From positions 1-5,049 of the forward strand of contig JAQVRT010000049.1 in NCBI GenBank assembly GCA_028700905.1: 5,049 bases of DNA. The letters run 5' to 3'. This DNA comes from Candidatus Iainarchaeum sp. (lineage in GTDB: Archaea > Iainarchaeota > Iainarchaeia > Iainarchaeales > CSSED10-239). The notes under the pieces are model-generated. The model was not told the DNA's origin. It saw only the letters and a list, made by a program, of their open reading frames with translations, and did no database searches. The position numbers and the translations under genes were made by a program. The number at the start of each line of letters is the position of its first letter. Positions within the stretch are counted from its first letter, which is position 1. Of the stretch, positions 1 through 5,049 are shown piece by piece.

Positions 1-2
1 AA

Positions 3-1541
3 ATAATAGAGTTTACTTTAGAAGACTTTATTGAAAATAAATTCTCAGGAACAGAAGAATTTGATGTTGGTTTTATTTTTGATGATGAAACTAATTTTAG
101 TGTTACTGCAATTTTAACTTTATCAGATCCATATAGTTCAGTAGATTCAAAATTAGATAATCTTTTAGAAAATGAATTTACTCCAAATTCAGAAACTTGT
201 GATTTAGAAAAAACATCTCAAAATATAAATCTTTTCTCTAAGAATAAGAAAATAGATACTTCATTAGTAGAGTTTAGATCTTATTTAATGAAGGATGGTT
301 ATTCTAATGACTTTAAAGCAGACTTTGATAGATATTATAGACATACAATAACAGCAGCTCCAGATATCTATAAAGATTATTATTATAAATATTTTACAAC
401 AGATAATTTTACTTTCCAATCATCCTTTGATTCAGAACCTGGAAGATTAGTCTTACAAGGTCCTGGAAGATACAATGTTTTATTAAAAGTAACATTTGAT
501 GATGAATGGAATTTATTTGATAAAACAACAGATGAAGTTACAGGAAAAGTTGAAGTTATCTTAACAAGAGAAATTGCACCTGAAAGAGACTCTCCTCTTT
601 ACTATATGCCATTTAATGGTCTTGTTGGAATTGATTCTGAAAATGCAAGACAAGGTTATGGTGTTGATTTTACAGGAGATGTGGTTACAGTTTCAAAACT
701 TCAAACTAATGAATATTTAAGAACAGAGCCTTTTACACAATCTAATACAGTTAACACAGTTTCTGTAAAAGAGTATGGTAAAAATCCAACTGACTTTTCT
801 TTCTTAAATAATGGACAAACAAGAGGAATGCTTCTTAATATTAATTTATCAAGTACAAAAACAAATCCAGAGCTTGTCTTTGTTCCATCAAGAGCAACTC
901 CTGTTGCTTTAAAAGTTTCAAATCAAAATAATGATGCTTATGCTTTCTATAAGCTTGATATAGGAGCTCCTCAAGCTCAAGGTGGAGAACCTGCATTAAC
1001 TCCTGGTAGTTTAGTTCCATGGACAGGTGTTGGTAATTGTCTTGACTTTACAGGAATTTCAATTTTAGAAACTTATAAAGGTAGACCAGACATACATGCA
1101 ATTTCTTCAAAACTTGCACCTTCAACAACAAGTGACACTGTTTCATATGGTGTTGAATGGGAAGGAAGAAATATTACTAGAAGAGGAGATGTATTCTTAA
1201 GAACTGTCTTTTACACACCAAGTAATTTTAAAACAGGTGATGGTTTAAGTGTACTTACTTTAGATTCATATGATGATGCAGCAGCTTTCTATACATTAGG
1301 TCAAGAGAATGCAAGTTCTGTTGAGCTTAGAAATGTTTTAGGAAACAATGCAGATATTAAATATATTAGTGAAATCTTTTCACTTGTAAACGAAAAGAAA
1401 GCATGTATTGATTATACAGCTAATAATTTAAAAATTTCATATAATCCAATAGCAGTATCAGAACCATTATTTGGTGGAGATTTATCTTCAGATTCTCAAA
1501 ATGCTTGGGTTGAAAGTAAAGGTGGATGTATAATAAATTAA
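3..1541 (+). CDS. 5'-truncated CDS: C-terminal >=512 aa of a large hypothetical secreted or cell-surface protein with no recognisable family. The listed ORF 288..1541 is probably only its distal part.
   Basis: Frame 3 has no stop from nt 3 to TAA at 1539-1541. Hand translation upstream of ATG288 reads IIEFTLEDFIENKFSGTEEFDVGFIFDDETNFSVTAILTLSDPYSSVDSKLDNLLENEFTPNSETCDLEKTSQNINLFSKNKKIDTSLVEFRSYL-M(288). There are 95 stop-free codons in sequence that is about 24% GC, where by rough estimate about 1 random codon in 10 would be a stop. Codon usage is the same on both sides of ATG288 (AGA Arg, TTA/CTT Leu, GGT/GGA Gly). There is no GGAGG-like motif in the 20 nt before ATG288. No C-terminal hydrophobic segment is present (the protein ends ...NAWVESKGGCIIN*). 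Confidence 0.8.
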   Translation: MIEFTLEDFIENKFSGTEEFDVGFIFDDETNFSVTAILTLSDPYSSVDSKLDNLLENEFTPNSETCDLEKTSQNINLFSKNKKIDTSLVEFRSYLMKDGYSNDFKADFDRYYRHTITAAPDIYKDYYYKYFTTDNFTFQSSFDSEPGRLVLQGPGRYNVLLKVTFDDEWNLFDKTTDEVTGKVEVILTREIAPERDSPLYYMPFNGLVGIDSENARQGYGVDFTGDVVTVSKLQTNEYLRTEPFTQSNTVNTVSVKEYGKNPTDFSFLNNGQTRGMLLNINLSSTKTNPELVFVPSRATPVALKVSNQNNDAYAFYKLDIGAPQAQGGEPALTPGSLVPWTGVGNCLDFTGISILETYKGRPDIHAISSKLAPSTTSDTVSYGVEWEGRNITRRGDVFLRTVFYTPSNFKTGDGLSVLTLDSYDDAAAFYTLGQENASSVELRNVLGNNADIKYISEIFSLVNEKKACIDYTANNLKISYNPIAVSEPLFGGDLSSDSQNAWVESKGGCIIN

Positions 1542-1543
1542 AA

Positions 1544-1548
1544 GAGGG
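1544..1548 (+). promoter_or_regulatory. Shine-Dalgarno-like ribosome-binding site for the downstream CDS
   Basis: GAGGG lies within AAAGAGGGATTAATTAATG, 8 nt upstream of ATG1557. It sits in the only non-coding gap of the window (1542-1556). Confidence 0.7.
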
Positions 1549-1556
1549 ATTAATTA

Positions 1557-4500
1557 ATGTCATTTAAAGATGCTTGGCAAAATTTTTTAACAAATATAGA
1601 CAACAGAATACCAATTAAAAAGATAACAGGCCCACTTGATAAAAAAAATCCCTTAACTTCTTTTTTTATTTTTCTTTTAATAATTTTAGTTGTTTTATAC
1701 TTAATCTTTGGATCAAGTATAACTTTAAATAATCAAAAACTAACTGAAGTTACAATAAGACTTGCAGATTCAGATAATAATATTTTAGATAATTTTGATT
1801 TTAAAATAAGAAATGTTTCAGATGGCATAACAAATAGTTATGTTACAAACTCATCAGGTTCTTTAACTTTAGAACTAGATTTAAATAAAAAATATTTATT
1901 AATTGTTGATTCTCCTAATTATGAACTTTTAGAAGAAGAAATTAATTTATCTTTAGATTCTTTAAATTTTATAGTTACTGTTTTAGATACTCCAATTAAT
2001 TATTTAAAAACAGTTTACTTTGAAGATGCATTAACTAATAGCTTAATTGAAGATTCTTTAAATGTTACAATTAGATGTGATGATGGAGAAATAATTACTC
2101 CAAATACTATTGATACTCAATCTGGAATGGTGCAAATTAATGTTCCTTTAGAATGTGAAAATATTTTTGCATCTGTAAGAGGAGATAGGTATATTGAAGA
2201 AAATTTAGAAATGCCTGTTACAGAAAGTACTTTCAAGCTTGAATCTATAACTGAAATATTAGAGAGTGGAAGAGTTTCTATATCTGTATTCTCTGGAGAA
2301 GATATTATTCAAGATTCAATAACTCTTAAAATATTTTCAATAGATGATTCAATAACTCCAATTAATACAACACAAACAACAAATGGAATTGGTTTTTTTA
2401 ATTCAATACCAGTTGGTGAATATATCGTTAAAGCAAGTGATGTTTCAAATAGATATCTTCAAAAACAAGAACAAGTTACAATTATTAAAAACTCACTTTC
2501 TGAAATTACATTTGATTTAATAGATACAGATACAGAATCTCCTATAATTATTGATCCTGATACAAATCAAGAAATTGTTATAAGAGAAGTTACTGTTTTT
2601 GTAAAAGATAAGGATTCAGGAGAAATTATAGATTCTTCTTTTGATCCAAGTGTTACTTTACTTTTAGATGGTAATGAAAATATTGAACAAAGAAATATTA
2701 ATGAAGGTTTTATTTTTAATATTTCAGAAGATAAATCATATTCTCTTAAAGCAACAGCAGAAGGTTATATTCCTGGAGATATTATTCCAATAATTTCTGG
2801 TAAAAATACATATATTTTTAATTTAGAAAAAATAACAATCAGTAATGTTTCAAACCTTAATATTACTGTTCAAGATGAAGATTTAAAACCAATTGTTGGT
2901 TTAAAATCTTGGATATATGATAAAGATGGACAATATATAGATCCTAGATTTGATTTTGCAACATCTGATGAAAATGGAAATATTGTTTTTGAAAATATTC
3001 CTGATCTTAATTTTACAATAAAAGTTAAAAATAGTTTTATTGAAGAGACTTCTTCAATGTATCATAATTCTCCACCAGAAGATACTAATATAACATTACC
3101 TGTAGAGATTGGTACTGGTACAGTTAATTTAACTGTTAAAAATAAATTAAACGATATTGTTTCAAATGCACAAGTTACTTTTTATTCTGAAAGTTTAGAA
3201 GTTTTAGGTAGTTCTTTTGCATCTTCAAATGGAACTTTAGAAAATGATCTTAAAGCTGATAAAAGAATTTTTATAAAAATAGAAGCTGATGGTTATCTTC
3301 CTTATTTTACAGAGCTTTTTAGAATCTATAAAAATAAAACAGTTACAAAAGAAATTATTCTTGAAAGAGAAAATTTATCAGATGATGTTTCTGTTGAGTT
3401 TTTAGGACTTTATAATTCTTTAGATACTGAAGTTGAATCTTTAAAAAACAATGAAGTATTTTATTTTAAGTTTAAAGCAATCATGCCTGTTTCAAGTCAA
3501 CATTTTAATTTTGTATTTAGAGCAGGTTCTTTAACTTCTGTAACAGAAGATATTGTTTTTATAATGCCACAAAATAGTTCTTTAGGTATTCCAGTTTATT
3601 ATGAAAATGAACCATTTAATGAATCAGGGAATTATTTAGAATCTAAGTTAGTCGATATTGAATTCTTAGGATATCCTGCTTCAGTTCATGAAATTACAAT
3701 TCCTATAAGAATTAAAAATGCAGCAATTAATGAAAGAGTTTCTTTCTTTTATGATTCTTCAATAAATAATATTGACTTAATGTCAAATAATTTTAATCAA
3801 TTACAATATTTTATAGAAGCTACAAGTCTTTGTGGAGACACTTTTTGTTTTTCAGGACAATATGTTGATGTTTCTCAAGACTTAAGATATGATATTTCTT
3901 CAAATAATTTAATTTCAACAAATATTCATTCAGATTATATTTTAGAATACCAAATTACAAATTCTTCTTCAAATAGTTTTGAAGATGTAAGACTTTCTAC
4001 AAGAAATTTAAATAGTGATGATAATCCAGTAGCTATGATTAACATTAATAGTTATTCAATTTCTGGAGAAGCATCTTCTGTTGGTCAAACAATTGAAGGA
4101 GAAAATAATTTTAATATTCCTTTTACTGGTGATGAAATTAATTTAGAAAAAATTAATCCTTTTTCAAGTATTAATTATACTTTAAATGTAACTCCTTTAA
4201 ATCTTGGACAATCTAAGTTAGTGAATAGAATTATTTCTGATCAAGAAGAAATCTATTCTCTTCCAATAAACTTTTCAGTTTCAGAACTTGAAACCATGGA
4301 AATTGATTATGAACCTAAAAATATTGTTCCTGGACTTCCTTTTGATTTATTAGTAACTGTTAAAGATACTCAAGGAGAATATTTAGAAGGAGTAAATATT
4401 AATATTTTACAAAAAGTTAGAAACGAGTATATAACTGTTTCAACTGGAAAAACAACTGATTCTCAAGGAAATGTAATAATAACTTTACCATCTTTAAGAC

Positions 4501-5049
4501 CTGGAGAGACTTTTGAAATACAAGCTATAAAATCAAAATATTTTTCACAGAATGTTTCTTTTACAATCGGAACTGATATTTTAGATGTTTATTCTCAAGA
4601 GCAAATATTATCTTCTGAAAGTCCACTTGAAGTATTTGTTCATAAAACAAATATTAATGGTGAAACTTATTCTTTAACTTTAAAAAATAAAACAAATTAT
4701 GCTTTAAAAATTAATCAATTTAATACAGAAGATTTTTCTTTTAATAAATCTTATTTACTTAATTTAGAGCAAACTGTTAATTATCTTAATAATCAAATAA
4801 CTTCTCAAGCAGAAGGTTTTATTATTCCTGCAAATGAATCTAAAGAAATTGTAATTAAGTTTGCACCTTCAGATTCTGCAAGAACTCATCCTGTTTCAGA
4901 AGATATTTTAGGTGCAATTACTGGAAATTATTCTTTAAATAATTATGATTATCGTTTTACAATACCTGTTAAAGCAAAACTTTCTGTTGGAAGTGGTGTT
5001 TTATTTGATGATTGTTTAGTTGTAACTCAAAGTCCAGGAGAATGGAATA
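1557..5049 (+). CDS. 3'-truncated CDS: N-terminal 1164 aa of a giant membrane-anchored modular cell-surface protein. It has a signal-anchor followed by repeated CarboxypepD_reg-like and CARDB-like beta-sandwich modules.
   Basis: ATG1557 is the first possible start after the in-frame TAA at 1551 and is preceded by an SD motif. By hand translation, the frame stays open for 1164 codons to the window end. I checked the frame at nt 2100 (cca), 3000 (cct), 4002 (aga) and 5043 (tgg). The product begins MSFKDAWQNFLTNIDNRIPIKKITGPLDKKNPLTSFFIFLLIILVVLYLIFGSSITLNNQK... and the last residues seen are ...LFDDCLVVTQSPGEWN. A stop-free run of this length at about 27% GC is essentially impossible by chance. 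The ORF track omits it because no stop codon falls in the window. Confidence 0.9.
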   Translation, partial: MSFKDAWQNFLTNIDNRIPIKKITGPLDKKNPLTSFFIFLLIILVVLYLIFGSSITLNNQKLTEVTIRLADSDNNILDNFDFKIRNVSDGITNSYVTNSSGSLTLELDLNKKYLLIVDSPNYELLEEEINLSLDSLNFIVTVLDTPINYLKTVYFEDALTNSLIEDSLNVTIRCDDGEIITPNTIDTQSGMVQINVPLECENIFASVRGDRYIEENLEMPVTESTFKLESITEILESGRVSISVFSGEDIIQDSITLKIFSIDDSITPINTTQTTNGIGFFNSIPVGEYIVKASDVSNRYLQKQEQVTIIKNSLSEITFDLIDTDTESPIIIDPDTNQEIVIREVTVFVKDKDSGEIIDSSFDPSVTLLLDGNENIEQRNINEGFIFNISEDKSYSLKATAEGYIPGDIIPIISGKNTYIFNLEKITISNVSNLNITVQDEDLKPIVGLKSWIYDKDGQYIDPRFDFATSDENGNIVFENIPDLNFTIKVKNSFIEETSSMYHNSPPEDTNITLPVEIGTGTVNLTVKNKLNDIVSNAQVTFYSESLEVLGSSFASSNGTLENDLKADKRIFIKIEADGYLPYFTELFRIYKNKTVTKEIILERENLSDDVSVEFLGLYNSLDTEVESLKNNEVFYFKFKAIMPVSSQHFNFVFRAGSLTSVTEDIVFIMPQNSSLGIPVYYENEPFNESGNYLESKLVDIEFLGYPASVHEITIPIRIKNAAINERVSFFYDSSINNIDLMSNNFNQLQYFIEATSLCGDTFCFSGQYVDVSQDLRYDISSNNLISTNIHSDYILEYQITNSSSNSFEDVRLSTRNLNSDDNPVAMININSYSISGEASSVGQTIEGENNFNIPFTGDEINLEKINPFSSINYTLNVTPLNLGQSKLVNRIISDQEEIYSLPINFSVSELETMEIDYEPKNIVPGLPFDLLVTVKDTQGEYLEGVNINILQKVRNEYITVSTGKTTDSQGNVIITLPSLRPGETFEIQAIKSKYFSQNVSFTIGTDILDVYSQEQILSSESPLEVFVHKTNINGETYSLTLKNKTNYALKINQFNTEDFSFNKSYLLNLEQTVNYLNNQITSQAEGFIIPANESKEIVIKFAPSDSARTHPVSEDILGAITGNYSLNNYDYRFTIPVKAKLSVGSGVLFDDCLVVTQSPGEWN
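1653..1712 (+). other. Single transmembrane helix (type II signal-anchor) of the 1557.. CDS
   Basis: Residues 33-52, LTSFFIFLLIILVVLYLIFG, form an uninterrupted hydrophobic segment of about 20 aa. It follows a 32-aa Lys-rich N-terminal region (IKK, DKK), which suggests an N-in orientation. There is no obvious signal-peptidase A-x-A site and no pilin-type [KR]-G/A motif. Confidence 0.7.
1746..3365 (+). repeat. Array of six tandem, highly diverged protein-level beta-sandwich modules (carboxypeptidase-regulatory-like / transthyretin-like pattern)
   Basis: Approximate modules are R1 1746-1940, R2 2010-2219, R3 2271-2486, R4 2589-2828, R5 2859-3053 and R6 3123-3365. Each shows the recurring pattern [h-V-x-h-x-V-x-D/N]...[h-x-V-x-h]...[T/S-D/N-x-x-G-x-h-x-h-x-x-h-P]...[x-Y-x-h-x-h-x-A-x-G-Y]. 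Examples: R4 VTVFVKDKDSGEIID..VTLLL..INEGFIFNISEDKSYSLKATAEGYIPGD; R5 ITVQDEDLKPIVGLKSWIYD..TSDENGNIVFENIPDLNFTIKVKN; R6 VNLTVKNKLNDIVSNAQVTFYS..SSNGTLENDLKADKRIFIKIEADGYLPY; R3 VSISVFSGEDIIQDSITLKIFS..TTNGIGFFNSIPVGEYIVKASDVSNRY. I saw no nucleotide-level repeat identity. The family assignment rests on motif recognition, not on a search. Confidence 0.6.
3366..4295 (+). other. Non-repetitive central ectodomain region (~310 aa) that interrupts the module array. It may contain two CARDB/COG1361-like modules flanking a C-x4-C loop.
   Basis: Residues ~604-913 lack the T-D-x-x-G...A-x-G-Y signature. Residues ~795-910 (YILEYQITNSSSNSFEDVRLSTRNL ... INYTLNVTPLNLGQSKLVNRIIS) resemble the x-V-x-N-x-G...V-x-V and p-G-x-S-K-x-V strand patterns of CARDB-type domains. 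The closely spaced Cys pair SLCGDTFCFSG has TGT at 3831-3833 and 3846-3848. Confidence 0.35.
4296..4568 (+). repeat. Seventh CarboxypepD_reg-like / Ig-like beta-sandwich module
   Basis: Residues ~914-1004 read MEIDYEPKNIVPGLPFDLLVTVKDTQGEYLEGVNINILQKVRNEYITVSTGKTTDSQGNVIITLPSLRPGETFEIQAIKSKYFSQNVSFTI. This is the same strand pattern as modules R1-R6. Confidence 0.55.
4620..4991 (+). other. CARDB/COG1361-like (archaeal 'S-layer domain'-type) beta-sandwich module
   Basis: Residues ~1022-1145 read SPLEVFVHKTNINGETYSLTLKNKTNYALKINQFN...GFIIPANESKEIVIKFAPSDS...YRFTIPVKAKLSVG. They contain the characteristic x-L-x-L-x-N-x-x-x-x-x-L-x-I strand pair and a later (A/G)-x-ES-K-x-I-x-I-x-F strand. Motif-level recognition only. 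Confidence 0.4.

Noticed and set aside
962-971. GC-rich 10-bp perfect palindrome AGGAGCTCCT (contains a SacI site and an AGGAG SD-like core). A second palindrome, ATTAATTAAT, lies at 1549-1558.
   Set aside because: Both are short. The first is inside coding sequence (IGAPQ) with no ATG downstream at SD distance. The second is a trivial AT palindrome overlapping the start codon. There is no evidence for protein binding or RNA structure.
1100-1541. C-terminus of gene A as a diversity-generating retroelement variable region. Such elements are common in surface proteins of reduced archaea and bacteria.
   Set aside because: There is no second (template-repeat) copy of this sequence anywhere in the window, no reverse transcriptase, and no C-type-lectin or FGE-like VR motifs that I can recognise. 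This cannot be excluded without the flanking contig, but nothing here supports it.
1539-1559. Genes A and B being one giant gene interrupted by a stop (pseudogene, sequencing error or programmed readthrough), since both are in the same frame.
   Set aside because: Two separate in-frame TAA codons (1539, 1551) would have to be bypassed. The spacer carries a well-placed SD and an ATG. The sequence right after the ATG is a textbook N-terminal charged region plus TM anchor, which makes sense as a protein N-terminus and not as an internal segment.
1658-1678. T-rich tract (TTCTTTTTTTATTTTTCTTTT) resembling an archaeal oligo-T terminator or a bacterial terminator tail.
   Set aside because: It lies inside the gene B reading frame and simply encodes the Phe/Leu/Ile-rich TM helix (SFFIFLL). 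No preceding stem-loop is present.
1557-1712. Type IV pilin / archaellin-like class III signal peptide at the gene B N-terminus.
   Set aside because: The charged region before the hydrophobic segment is 32 aa long, whereas these signals have only a few residues there. No [KR]-[GA] prepilin peptidase site precedes the hydrophobic stretch. The protein is also far larger than pilins.
3640-4222. Exact 13-nt direct repeat AATCTAAGTTAGT at 3640-3652 and 4210-4222. Both copies are in frame and encode (E/Q)SKLV.
   Set aside because: My rough estimate is that a 5-kb sequence of this composition should contain about a couple of 13-mer coincidences by chance. The flanks do not extend the match. At most it reflects a shared strand motif of two CARDB-like modules.
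1-5049. Alternative genetic code (TGA or TAA/TAG reassignment, as in Mycoplasma, SR1 or Gracilibacteria).
   Set aside because: None of TAA, TAG or TGA occurs in-frame across about 1676 coding codons. Every Trp I translated is TGG. In a code 4 or code 25 organism of this GC content, in-frame TGA would be common.
1-5049. Numerous TATA-box or -10-like AT-rich hexamers (TTTAAA, TATAAT, TTTATA) that could be internal promoters.
   Set aside because: These are ubiquitous at this base composition and all fall inside coding sequence. None is distinguishable from background without transcript data.
1557-5049. Dense N-x-S/T sequons in gene B (about 25 by hand count) as evidence for an archaeal N-glycosylated surface protein.
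   Set aside because: With about 10% Asn and about 16% Ser+Thr, around 19 sequons are expected by chance. The count is therefore not clearly enriched and is not independent evidence for glycosylation or an archaeal origin.
1-5049. Minus-strand genes, tRNA/rRNA/ncRNA, CRISPR repeats, and IS or transposon ends.
   Set aside because: The track shows no minus-strand ORF. I saw no GC-rich structured segments, no regularly spaced direct repeats and no terminal inverted repeats. The window is continuous + strand coding sequence.

Overview
This is a very AT-rich window (roughly 25-33% GC by eye, locally higher in the first gene). It is almost completely filled by two co-directional + strand genes in the same reading frame (codon positions 3, 6, 9...), and both run off the window edges. 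Gene A covers 3..1541. The ORF track reports only 288..1541, but the frame stays open for 95 more codons back to nt 3, and ATG288 has no ribosome-binding site. So this is most likely the C-terminal >=512 aa of a larger protein that starts upstream. I cannot assign it to any family. It is beta-rich, acidic and Tyr/Thr/Asn-rich, and it has no C-terminal anchor.

A 15-nt spacer follows, carrying a GAGGG Shine-Dalgarno-like motif. Gene B then starts at ATG 1557 and stays open for 1164 codons to the window end (5049). It is absent from the ORF track only because it has no stop codon in the window. Gene B encodes a 32-aa cytoplasmic N-terminus and one transmembrane signal-anchor. Its long ectodomain has six tandem, highly diverged ~70-85 aa beta-sandwich modules with the carboxypeptidase-regulatory-like (CarboxypepD_reg / transthyretin-like) sequence pattern. 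After these come a non-repetitive ~310 aa central region with a C-x4-C loop, a seventh such module, and a CARDB/COG1361-like module.

I see no rRNA, tRNA, CRISPR array, mobile element, minus-strand gene or enzyme motif. The three standard stop codons are all absent in-frame, and Trp is always TGG, so the standard code applies. The composition, the SD-dependent coupling and the architecture fit a low-GC prokaryote, such as a DPANN-type or methanogenic archaeon or a reduced bacterium, but the taxon cannot be determined from this window.

The main candidate for something new is the coupled pair itself: an anchorless orphan protein followed by a membrane-anchored modular stalk protein. This could be a cell-surface attachment apparatus. 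That reading is inference and needs homology and structure searches.
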